A stretch of 63,724 nucleotides of DNA, the filler included, from Perkinsus chesapeaki ATCC PRA-425 (lineage: Eukaryota > Protista > Perkinsozoa): assembly GCA_013115145.1 (NCBI GenBank). It is 5 parts of 5 records of this genome, joined end to end, with 100 filler letters (N's around TTAATTAATTAA, not from the genome) between each part and the next. Parts side by side here need not be neighbours in the genome. Positions count along the whole stretch, not along the records: positions 1 to 28,774 come from JAAPAO010000463.1; positions 28,875 to 52,641 come from JAAPAO010000559.1; 3 more parts are not named here. The stretch is one strand, 5' to 3'. Below the pieces are notes generated by a model, which searched no databases, was not told the origin of the DNA, and saw only the letters and a list, made by a program, of their open reading frames with translations. Positions within the stretch are counted from its first letter, which is position 1, and each line of letters opens with the position of its first letter. The position numbers and the translations under genes were made by a program. This document shows positions 26,728-38,613 of the stretch, in pieces.

Positions 26728-28119
26728 TTGAGATTCTTAAGAGCGACTTAACTTTGGAGTTTCTTAAAGTGATGTTCCTTATAGAAGTTGGGTTAGTCAA
26801 GTTGGCCAGGATGAGTCGCCGAACACATCGCTCCGCTATGTCGCATTGCCTTGCGTCTCCTGCTCTCAACAGCTCGATGAATTGAAGGCCTAAGCTTGTA
26901 CCTCCGGCCGCGCCAGACTAGAATATATTAGTCCCAAAAAAGTAGACATGCTCAATTTGGAGCATGACCGTGGTTGCTCCTTTATGTACGAACTTACACT
27001 ATCAGAGTCAGATCTACGCATAAACGAAGGGAATCAAGATGTTAGCAAGCAAGTGCTTATTGCTTCTTTTGTACTGAACAAGCCATTATGACGAAGCCGT
27101 TTTGTTCGCAAGAACGTTTGAAATCCAAACTTGAATCAAATCACCTCAGAAGCTTCATGTTCCAGTAATGTGTGTACACGCGTGCAAACGAGACAACCCC
27201 AGAAGTACGCAGTAATCCTTGAGTAGCATAGGCCGGCTCGCGTCCACCTAACATCCGACTCATATAGGGCAAAATATCTTCAAAGGGTGTCTGAATTGAA
27301 ACTACCGCTGTCTAGCATCTACCCTATGGAGTCTAGTGCACTGGTGGCTCCACCACAACACTGAAAATATGCGCCATAGTATGTAACCCTTGAGATCATG
27401 AAAATGCAGAAAATCTTCCCTTCAAAGCAATCAATGATCGCTGATCATCCAAGTTGGCGTCGAGAATCGAGATGAAAGTAAAGGCCGTAGGGTGGGGCAT
27501 CATTGGTGACGATATTTCGGCATCCACTCGCAGGGTCGGCGTTTGTCGTAGGGACAGTCAGGAACCGGTCTTTTAGCCCTCCGAAGGAGGTTTCCCTCTC
27601 CCATCGGCAAACATGCTACGAGGTCTCACTCAAGGAGAGGAGGTCAAGAGCTCTTCCCTTGAGGGAGCTGCATGAGTAGTACTCATTGAGCACTATGTAC
27701 TACGTATGTTATAGGACCATCGTAAAGATTACAAGTTTCAGTATGCCGCTGCCTGCAATCAGCAGGCGACGTCATGATCGTGTGACTGTGTGTACCGTAG
27801 CTGTGTGCCTGCCATATTGTATGTGAATGGAATCCGCTCGACTACGTGTAACTGCAAGTCCTCACATTCCCATGCTGTTGTACGCGAGGGATTCCTGGTG
27901 CGGAGTAGCTGGATGTGCACGCGTACGATTACCACAAGGGAGATTCACCGGAAAACTCCTACTTCTGCTGTTGGTGAGAGGTTAGCTTCACCGAGGTCTT
28001 TACTTCTCTCCGAGGTCTCGTGCTATTGTATGTCGGAGCTTCATTGTTCGCTCTCTAAGCGCTACCTCGTATAAAGCTACCGTCTGCCGATAGTATTAAT
28101 TGATGTATCTGTGATAGAT

Positions 28120-28774
28120 AATCTATTTCGGCGCCGGTCACAACCTCTGCACGCGTGCGGAGATTACGGAGACTCCGGGAGCTCAGCTCCCTTCCACTCT
28201 CACAGTACCGTTGCGAGGCTGGGAAAAGGAGTAACATACGCCGACTCGGCCTCCTGGCGGTGGTAGAATTACCAGAACTTGCGTGTAGAACGGTGATAAT
28301 GAGTGTATTTGCTCATAGGTTTATAGTTTCCTCTGTTGTATGACCGTTCCTATATGGATGGTATTCTTCAGCCTTTACGGCACGGGCTTGAGCAAGGATC
28401 CTAATGATCCATTTTACAGGGAACATCAGCAAAACTACTTGGAAGCTATCAAAGCGCCAGAGGCATGGGACAGGATATATGATGTCCCTAAGGCGAACCA
28501 AACGGTCATCGCTGTTATCGGTCAGGGAATGATGTCGGACCACGAAGACCTGAGACATAATGCTATTCCAGGTTACAATATGATAGACAAGAACACTAAT
28601 ACGAGCGATAGAGATGGTACTGGTACCAATGTGGCTGGTGCTGCCGGTGCAGTGACAAATAACAGTATAGGTATAGCTGGCATTGCAGGCACTGTCAAGT
28701 TAATGCCCATCGTTTATGACGCCACCAATGACAATACTATAGCTGCCAGTATCGACTATGCAATTAATGCATCG
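28120..28774 (+). CDS. Subtilisin-family (S8) protein, partial (cut by gap); catalytic Asp and His absent
   Basis: PNDPFY..QQNYLEAIKAPEAWD, VIAVIGQG (normally IDxG), HEDL, DRDGTGTNVAG (normally GHGT), NNSIGIAGIA, KLMPI, IDYAIN. Confidence 0.85.
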
Positions 28775-28874
28775 NNNNNNNNNNNNNNNNNNNNNNNNNN
28801 NNNNNNNNNNNNNNNNNNTTAATTAATTAANNNNNNNNNNNNNNNNNNNNNNNNNNNNNNNNNNNNNNNNNNNN
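28775..28874. other. Artificial contig spacer
   Basis: 44 N + TTAATTAATTAA + 44 N; the same 100-nt spacer occurs four times. Confidence 0.95.
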
Positions 28875-30558
28875 TGTTCTAATCTGAGAGTAATCCTAAG
28901 CTTTTCAACATATGAAACTGCCTAGCGGAGCGAAGCGATCGCTACAGTAGCGAGTAAGCGGAGCGAAGCGATTCATACTCTACATTTTTTTGTTTGTAGT
29001 TGCATTCGTCCATCTGGCTCCTTTGGCAAGCATCAGCATGGATGCTCCTTTGGCAACTGCTTTTGAAGCTCGCGGTGCCGGCATTCTAGAGTAAAAACCT
29101 AACCTATTCGTATCTTGCACGCTTCAAGCTGAGATATTCCTCAGATGCATAGTATCCCTAGGTGCTGTCGGTAACACAATGACTTCCGTTATGTCATCAA
29201 TGATAGTGCAACCTCGTATAATGCTACGGATGAGCAGCGACGGTCTCCTTCCAGAATCAGTAAAACCTAAATCGATCACGTGATCGATTTATAATTTTTC
29301 AGATCGGCAATCTGACTTCCTCTGGAACCCCTTCGACTGCTCTCATCATTACAATCGTCGTGTCATCAGCGCTCGCCCTGCTGATCGATTTCGAGGCTCT
29401 TGCCGACATCGTGTCTTTTGGAGCTCTCATTAGTTTTTTGGCTGTATGTTTATGTACTATGCTCGGTGAGTACATCACAGGCTTTCCCGGAAAATTTCCG
29501 GAAAAATTCTGTAAAATATTGGAAACTATTTTTCGTTAGGTAGGGTCGTTCCACCGTCGAGCTATCGTAAGCCTACAGTGAATCAAGCAGCTCAAACTTA
29601 TGGACGGCCAATCAGTCCAGAAGAGTCTTCAACGATATCCAGTAAGGACCGCGCGCCACGAAATTATGCATATTTTTTCTCAGGAGATCAACTGCGACCC
29701 CACTACCCGGAAAAGATAATTTTTATGATTTTACTATTCGAGGTAACATTTCCCAGAAATAATTATTATTTCTTTCTTGCGCAGATTTTAACGCTGGCAT
29801 TCGGCGCTTTTTTTCTACACGACCTCGTAAATATCTTTTTATACGTCCCGTTGCTGGTCGTTTGCATTATTGTCGGTGTAGCAACCGTGCGGACTATTCG
29901 AGTTTATATGAGGTAACAACGCTCTCATTAACGTGTGCAGGTGGATTTAGTTACGTCAGCGACAATGATGATGCTTCCGCGAGCAACACTTTCCGAGTTC
30001 CCGGTGCGCCTGAAGTGCCTCTCATTGGCATGTTCATTAATACGTAGGTTGAATTAATACTGCATAACGCCGAGAGTATTCAGAGCCGCCTGGTGATGAT
30101 GGTGTTGAAAGCCTCGAGGGGGTATCCATTCAGTTGATAATTGTTGATGACGGTTATTTCGGTTCAATATTGTGGCTTTGTTGATTTGCATTATAACACG
30201 ATCTCCACAGCGTTCTGGTCAATCTGTCGCTCGGAAGCTCGGCAAAGTTATCATCCTCGTTTATCGCTGTCGTTTTATTTCTGTACGAATCGTGAATCCC
30301 CAGTGGAATGAATCCCAATGATTTTTCAAGGTACATGATTTCCGGTTTACCGTTGGCGGCCGTTCTTCGTGGTTTGGCAGTGACTGCAGTCGCTATAATA
30401 TTCTATTTGTCCTATTCTATCAGGAATTCGACGCTTGCCGTTGAATCGATAAAAAATGAAAAGTAAGTCCCAGGAATTGAACTCGATACCTTTCAAACGT
30501 TCGGTAGAGCCTTTCACCGCTACGCTAGTTTTCTAGTGTATTCTACCAAGCATCTTAG
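28875..30558 (+). CDS. Cationic amino acid transporter-like (APC superfamily) permease, 5'-partial, multi-exon
   Basis: DAPLATAFEARG; QPRIMLRMSSDGLLP; LALLIDFEALADIVSFGALISF; FRVPGAPEVPLIGMFIN; IIFYLSYSIRNS. These are characteristic CAT motifs. Confidence 0.85.
29268..29291. repeat. Intronic palindrome family A (ATCGATCACGTGATCGAT), representative copy
   Basis: 24-bp perfect palindrome here. Other copies (0-2 mismatches) at 33835, 34289, 34594, 35277, 35382, 37501, 55720. Confidence 0.9.
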
Positions 30559-31848
30559 CAGCCCTCAATGCTACTATGGTCCAACCGACCGAATATATCA
30601 CTCGATATTGCAATTCCACGAGCATCAAAAATTGTGATTTTTTTCAGGTTGACCGAACCAAACGGCAAATACGCGAAGTTCGAGGACGAAGGCGGAAATA
30701 ACGCAATTTAAATTAGTTTATCGATTATTAAACTTGCTTGTGTTAATAAACAAACGATACCAATAATTACAAGAAGAATACGGCCTGCCAAAATATAAAT
30801 TGATATTTTGGGATTTCAACTTTTTCTGAGAAAACTTAGTATTTCGTGACGAAACTCGGCGAGTACATACTCTCGGATATTGAGAATCATATTTCCTAAA
30901 TAGCTATCTCTTCGGGAGAGTGGGAAGAGGGCGACATTGCCTTGCAGCAATGTAGAGCAGTTGCTGGAGGCAAAGTCGCGAGCTAGGCGTCGATACCTGA
31001 ACGGATGAGTCAGCCACAAGACTCTATCACTGTGACGTGCCGACTGCAAGGCCGTCAGCTAAAGGTATCAGACACCTAGCTCCTCCGGAAAGAGACAAAA
31101 AAATGTTGCCTTTTTTGGGACATGCTCTCCCTGCGATACGCGTATTTACTCTACACACAACAAGTTGTGCTCCGCATAAATAGATCAACCGTCTCATGTG
31201 TGTAGGCCAATACACTCGCGCAAACGAATTCAGCACGATTATTTGGATAATAATATGATATTTTGTACAATCGTACTTTCACACTGGAACCACCAACTTA
31301 GTAGTGTGCTGGAGAGACGTTCCACTACTTGGATTTAATGCACACTCACATAAAACAGAAATTGACTAACTGTTTTCCACAAGTGTCGTTGCTTCAATGA
31401 GCCTATCCTCAATACAACAACAGCAACACAGATGCATGGGTTAATCAGCTAGTTTCACCAGTCGTTCGAATTGAGTTAGCAGACACCGTCAAACATTTCA
31501 ATGCCGATTGAAAATAAGCGTGCATGAATTCCCACTCGTACTGAATGAAAAAATTGGCGTGTTCAGCGAAAACTTATCACCAACAAGATAGCTATGATTA
31601 ACGCTGTGACGACCTTGTGGGTTCAGATAGACAACCTAGCTAGTACACCAGAGTCTGGCGTGACTCTGGTGGCAGCCACCAGGCAATATCGTGGCGACAC
31701 TGATAGGCACGTAAGGGACCGACCCTCGCTCGAGCGGTATCTCTGAGCATCCGTGCTTTCCGTAACAACACAACAGTAAATTAGCGACGAGACCCAAGAA
31801 AACTACAACAGGAAAATGTATTATAACTAAATGGCGGTCCTACAAGTT

Positions 31849-34133
31849 CTAGTCTCCCCATGCAGGAGCCATTAATAGTAAAGCGCCAGGGAGCAGATCA
31901 GCTCGAAGTGGGCTTGAAGAATCGATTAGTTCACCATCAATGCCAAACTCAGCGTACTTCGTATCAGAATGGGATCCATCTCGTTTAATAGTTGGTTCAA
32001 AAATTACAGAAGTCACTCTCTCCGTGCTGACACGGGAATCCTTCAAATGCTTATTGTCGGGCACCTTGGCGAGTAACTGTGCGAACCTAACCGAAAGACA
32101 TCTTACAGCTCAACTTCAACATCATCAATCATCCTTACTTGAGTCGATCAAGCGCCGGTATCGTCACCAATTCCATGTAGCCGCTGGCCAGATGAGCATT
32201 TTGCATCCACACCGTCCGATCCTCCGTGTTTCGGACGGCCACATTTGTGAGAGACAAAACGGCGACTCCCTTTTTGTCATCAATTTCAACCCATCCTTCT
32301 TCGCCTTCCTTCGCGATGGGCGATGGAGCCAGCATCTTATCCTCATCAGAATTGCCGTAGAACTTCGTCGTCAGTTTGTGAAGGACGCTGCAAGCCATGC
32401 ACGAAGTGCCACACGGCCCGGCGTCCTGGAGCCATCTCAGCAGCTTGGTCTCCGATCGCGGCAGTGGACTCTCCAATGGTGGTAATTCCGGATTCGACGT
32501 GTGGCTGTGGCTGAGCCTGGCGCGGTCTGGAGCGACGATCGGGGCGCTTTTAGTTCTACTATACTGGGGGACTGGGCTCGCCAATCGACGGTCTATTTCA
32601 CTTCGTAAATATCTGAGAAAAATGCAATCGCTGACCTGTCCTCAATTTGCCCAAAAATATTTCCCAGAACCTCGTGGTTAACAAAAATAGTTAACAAAAT
32701 AATTCCCGTAATAATGCCGGGGCCTCGGATCGAACCCACGACCTTCCCCTTACCGGCATTTCATCCCAGTATACGCCAAAGTGAATCCCCCCTTTCCATG
32801 GCCAACTTGACTAGGATCCCCTCCCCCTCGGAAGACCGTCTGCGCCCCCGCAAAGATATATCTGGTCGGGCCAAGAAATCTTTTATTTTCAGATCTGACA
32901 TTAACCTCGGCGATGAAGCCATAATTGAGCCCACAGATCGCCAAAGTAACCTTCGGACCGTCGGGTAAATGCCTCGTAACCTTCATCACATCAATCGGTC
33001 TCATCCACCCGTTTACTATCGCGGTGGCTGCCGTTAACGGTTGCCTCATCCCCCCGCTCGCTGCCAGTGAGTTGTGGCTGCCAGCGGGAAGCTGACCAAC
33101 CCCAAGAGTTCGGAAAACTTCCTCAGCATCCGGTCGATTGGCTAAACCGTTGACGAGTTCGTAGACTAGACCATCCCCTCCGACAGCACCGACCGCGCCA
33201 ACCTTGTGAAGATCCAAATCTCGACCTATTTCGCCGGCATGACCAGCGTGGTCGGTTTCAACGATAAAGTATCTCCGATGGGCTTTCTCCAGCATAGGTT
33301 TGAGAACTTTCGCAAACATTTTTTTTGCTCGTCGTCGACCGCCGATCGGGTTTATGACGACCAAAAGCTCCTTAGTGGCACCGTACTGTGGTGTGGTCCA
33401 ATCCGTCAGCACTTTGCTCCATCTTACTATACCATCTTTACTAGCAACTTTGAATGTGAACCTGAAGCAAAAGAAATGACACTTTCCGATTAAGTGATCA
33501 GCTGTTTTTCCGAACACGCCGGGAAAAATTCGAAAATTTCACAAAAATTTCGCTCGTTTTTTGCATTCCTCAGCATTTGCTCTACGGACCCGGTTTATAC
33601 AATTTATGGTTCAGCTAAGAAAGGGTAACCTACTCTCGGAGTTCCCTTTTAAAAGGGTCCTTATGTTCGGTGTAACGACTCTTGAATGGATTCATATGCT
33701 TTCCTCGGAGCTTCATTGATGCGAAAACATGCACTGTGGTATCATTCTCAACTTCGAAGGCGTAGATATCTTCCGGTCGCCATTCTATCAGCATCTCGCC
33801 GTACAAATCGTCTATGCGTATCCTGACAATAATAATCGATCACGCGATCGATTTGTGAACTGACCTCTTTCCGAATGTTGCATGAGCCGGCGCATCCTTC
33901 CATCCAGATCTGCCAAGTTCAGTGAAGATTCCAACTTCACTCGGACCTGGTAAACTCAAGTTTACCTCCCCCTCCACCGCGCCACAGGAATTCGTGGAGT
34001 TCGTGTTCGCTGTAGTCGATGGGGACGCCGAACCCACCTTGGCAGCTCGACTCGCCGGTGGCTGGGAAATGGATTGCAAACTATTATGTGGCGAGATGTC
34101 CGATGAGGAGCTCGCAGCGATAGGGACTGTCAT
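31849..34133 (-). CDS. Sphingosine kinase / diacylglycerol kinase-family protein, multi-exon
   Basis: VVINPIGG, ETDHAGHA, VGGDGLVYELVNG, LPAGSHNSLA, LGPTRY, GYMELV, FGIDGE-type motifs; N-terminal exons traced to ATG 34133. Confidence 0.88.
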
Positions 34134-34227
34134 AGACAAGTAAATCTCGGCAATCTTGCTCAATCTTGCATTTTCCCAACGCGACAGCAATGCAATTCAG
34201 AGACGTGATGGTTTCTGTCGAAAATGT

Positions 34228-37200
34228 TCATGCCATGCTTTCCAACTCGGACACAAGGGAACGAAGAGTCGCACCTGGGTTGATCCAAATCGATCACGTG
34301 ATCGATTATTCCCCTTCTTACAAATACTCTTCTGTGTCGGCCTTTCCACAACTTTTCCCGACCAACATTTCTTCATCAGCGTTCTGAAGCCGAGCTAGTG
34401 TTGATCAATCTCCCCGTTATTGCATTGTTAACAATAAGTAGCCATTTGCGTCGTCGACAATGTCGACTCGACATGTTCTATCTTCCCATCTGATGTCCCC
34501 CAACTTACACTGCGGCGGCCGGAGCGTCCTTTGGAATGAATGTATCTTCTGGACGAAGACCGTTGGTTACTGCTATTGCAACCTGAGGAGCATATCGATC
34601 ACGTGATCGATTTGGAACAATGTTTGTCAGTTTTTGCATGGTTAACAATACTGCAGTGAATAGAAGCGTATCTTTACAAAATGTGAAATACCAGCTTCAA
34701 CCTAAGATACCGCATACCGCCATGCCCGACATCTCCACGTCTCTGTAGGGAAGCTCTCGAGTGATTATCTCGTACCTAAAAGGCACCATGATAATTCATT
34801 CACGCGCCAAGAAAATACAATGTTATGCCGAACGAATAGATGTCACAACGCTCGTCGTAATTCTCTCCTTTAAAAACCTCTGGCGCCATCCAATGATATG
34901 TACCTGGCGTCAAGTTGACGTATTCTGTATCTTGCATGCTTCAACCCAGGATACTACCCGCTCCTTCGGTGAATTCGGCGTGAGCCTGTTGTTCTAACCT
35001 GGCCATTCCGAAGTCACCGATCTTAACTCTGATCGGATCTTCCTCATCGTATCTTAGGTTGATGCATGCAAGATACGCACGAGGTGGAATAACCACCCTC
35101 TCCCGTGTCTTACACTGGCTGTTCCAGTAACAAATTAAGAGATTTTATGTCTCTATGAATCACCTGGGCAATATTTTACCGCGCGCCACGAAATTGATAT
35201 CCCACCGGCGGCCTCGAGGAATGCATGAAATAAATCCCCTTCGCGATGTCCAACATCATAACCTAAAGCGATCAAAATCGATCAGGTGATCGATTTGAAC
35301 GCCTACAGCCTTCTGAGCCCAGCTTAGATGAATCTCTCTATTCACATGTAATAAATCATACAAACAACCACCCGAGCTGAAATCGATCACGTGATCGATC
35401 TGAACACTTTTCCTTGCCTCACCATAACTCCAATAATATCTTCAAAGGCTTCGACTGCGTATGAGCTCCAACAAGAAGTACCACATTAGGATGACGCAAA
35501 GTCAACATTACCTGAACATCCATCCTACTCAAAGAACGGCCAAGACGAATGCAACTCAGTTGCTGTCCACATATCAAGACTTATGAGTTAACATTATCAG
35601 ATCTATAAAAGGGTATAGATCCAACCCTTTCTGATATCCTCCGCCGACATCCAGCAGACAACTGTTTCTATACCAGCTTCATCGGAGGTATTTTATTAAT
35701 AAATAAGTCCACAGCGCGTCAACCACACCAGTCCACATTACTACCCCAAGTTCCCTTTTAAACATCTTCAATGTCTCCTCCGTATCCGGCAACTGCCATT
35801 CGATCTCCTTAACCGCTACATCAGCGCCCCTCCAAGCACCTCTGAAAAACGGTGAAGAATCAGCATCCCAAGGGCGTCGCAGAAATTAGTTTTTTGGCGG
35901 AATTATTGGTTTTTGATCTGAACGCGAAAATGCATTGTCATCCCAACCTATAAGACTTCCAGTCGCGCTCTTGTCGTCAGTCGAGTAAGGCGGATAAACG
36001 CAATATTAGTGATTCATTTGTGTATAGCTCCTCCCATGGGGCCGTCATGGAGCTACGGAGTCGCCTGGTCGCACTACATCCGCGCGAGAGATAAATATAC
36101 TATATAGTTGAATGACTAAACCCAGCAAGATCTAAGTCATCGACGCCAACACGATCACCCGTCCCTCACCAGCAGCAGTAGCAGCTACCAACACCTAGCA
36201 AGATATCCTTGTGGCCTCAACATTTCGCCAACTTTTGCGAACATACTAGAATAAAAAAGATTTTTACCAATCTAGAAAAAAGCATAATTAATAAATAAAT
36301 GCCGATCGAATATTTCTATTAGAAATGAATGCCAATCCCCCAAGCACCTGTGCACCGCCGAGAATCTCCCCCGTCCAATGGGCTCATACATGATAACATC
36401 GCTGGGATTGACCTCCCAGGAATGCCCCTCCACGTCCAGTCCAACAAAATCATCATCATCCGACGGGGTCATGAAGAAAATACAAACAAACTTCCAGAAG
36501 AGTGCCTTCGAGCTTCTGATGGGAAGCTATATGCTACCAGATCAAATCAATTCCGTCTTGGAGCACCTCATACCCCTCGATGACTTTGAACAAATTATTT
36601 CACTGGAATGACATCGTGCCAGAATCTCGTGGGGGTGAAATCAGGATGTCATGAAGAAACATATATCCCCACCAGGGGGTCCTTTGTCTTTGCCTTTTGC
36701 TCCAGGAATCTTCTACCAAAAATTGTAGACACGTATCGACTCATCTCCCCACTGGGTACAGCCCCCCCCCTGAAACTCAAGTCTCTCATAATGTCGAATT
36801 AGTAAATTTAAGTGAATTTAAGTTTTAACATATTTATTTTTCCTCCTCCATTCCACCGCCTTGATCACTTCCCTCGGTGGTAGTAACGGCAGCTGCTCGT
36901 TCTTCTCGAGCGTTATGAAGATCATCTACTAGACCGTCCATATCCCATTGATGCTCAGTCTGATGAAAAGGATATACTCAAGTTATGAGGGATCATGCAA
37001 GCTCTGAGCTGAGATACTGTAATTTATGACGATGAAAAACTCTTCGTAGCCTGACCTATTCGATATTTTGTACGCCTCAACCCAAGATTCTGTTATTTCT
37101 CATATCTTGCATGCTTCAACCTAAGATACCCTCACTACCGCATCCCAATAATCCATAATATTAACACTCCTATCAATCGCCTTCAACAGCCAAAACTCAT

Positions 37201-37800
37201 ACGGTGGTACCTGTACCTCCATTTTCCCGCGCGCCACGAAACTTTTTCCAAAAATTTCCCACCGTTGTAGGTAAATCTTTTGCTGTCGTATCCGGTGGCA
37301 TCGTCGACGGTATTGCAATATCATGCTCTCGAATGAGATAACTATAATCGATCGTCGGGGCGGGCGATACTGTCGCTGCCGCCAACGGCACTTCAGACGC
37401 AGGGAAACTAACAGTGTAGATTCATTTGAAAACCCGCAGTATTCGTTACCGCATAAGTTCAATTCCCCCTGCCGACATGCCTAAGATCAGACACTTCATA
37501 ATCGATCGCGTGATCGATATTATTACCGCACCCCCCTGCCATGATTGGCTGGGAGATTTCCATTGGCCCCATTGGCGTCGCTGGAGGCCTCGCTGAACCT
37601 ATTCCGACTAAGTCTGGCATGGGCGGCAGTAATGACACGAACGGTGGTATCTATTTGATAAGCCAAAGGTCGTGGGTTCGAACCGCAGCGAAGGCTTTTT
37701 GTTTTACTAGTGACACTTATCCCACATATCGACGGGCAGATGGTCCAATGCGATGTGAAATAGAATATGAATTGACGGCGGTGGGAAACCAGCAAGTAAA
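34228..37800 (-). CDS. Tyrosine-kinase-like (TKL, Raf/MLK-type) Ser/Thr protein kinase, highly fragmented by short introns; start approximate
   Basis: All subdomains found by manual splicing: [111 protein letters not shown]...RP; stop TGA at 34228. Confidence 0.9.
35049..35076. mobile_element. 28-bp TIR mini-element family B (GTATCTT...AAGATAC), representative copy
   Basis: 7-bp terminal inverted repeats. Other copies at 29110, 34694 (partial), 34927, 37102. Confidence 0.6.
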
Positions 37801-38613
37801 AGTTGTATAAGGTTTAGATAGACCGCCGACACTCAAGGCGATTTACAGAACACTCAGAATCCTACTGTTACATACACCGCGCAACCGTGCAGTTGCAGCC
37901 TCCTGCACCAAAACTAAGCCGGATTTTGAGCCGGTCATGCCAATGTGGGAATTACTATTGACATCGGATACACTCGTTTCGAAGAAGAGTTCCAGGGTTA
38001 TTTTGCATACACACATACCCGAAATTCTTAAACAAGAAGAATCTGTTCCTTCGGATGTACTCTAGTGGGAAATATATCAACACTGAGCTTTACCAAGGGC
38101 AATCAATACTCCATTTTCCGACCAACTAAGAATCTACTAATGCAGTTTAAGCTACCATCGGCTAGTATGAAGTACTCCAACTATTCTGAGACGTACCGAT
38201 CAATGATAAGTAAAGCTACCACCGCCCTACTAGACACCATTTCACTTTCACCACCACCATCACTGGGGTACTAATCACACACGCCGGCCTTAGTCCAACG
38301 TACTATATGATAAACATTACTCAAGCTCGTCCATGACAAATGCATATATATCAATCCGCAGTCCAGTATTACCTCCTCCCCAAGCAATCGTGGCTTCATT
38401 TTAACAGACATTAATCAAAGCGAACTGCTCATCATCTTACCACATCGACCATTTCCCGCACCAATACGAACTCAAGACAGCTCCATTTTAAAAAGCCAAT
38501 AGTTAACAGATGAATTCTCTCATCTGCCCGCCATGACTCGATGAAAGCCGATTTTTTATCGGTCCTATGAAATGACAGCAGAAGCGACAATGACTGAGAT
38601 AGCATCACATCTA

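Noticed and set aside
28775-28874. TTAATTAATTAA (PacI-containing, stops in all frames) embedded in N runs, repeated four times
   Set aside because: Identical 44N+12+44N structure at every gap shows it is a contig-concatenation linker, not biology. ORFs running into or out of these gaps are truncated artefacts.
33890-34143. Plus-strand protein-like ORF (KIPTSLGPGKL...VIDK)
   Set aside because: It lies antisense to the first exon of the sphingosine kinase, which has a coherent splice chain on the minus strand.
38150-38260. VALLIIDRY resembling a cyclin-box motif (minus strand)
   Set aside because: Surrounded by stops, with no further cyclin motif; too short to support.
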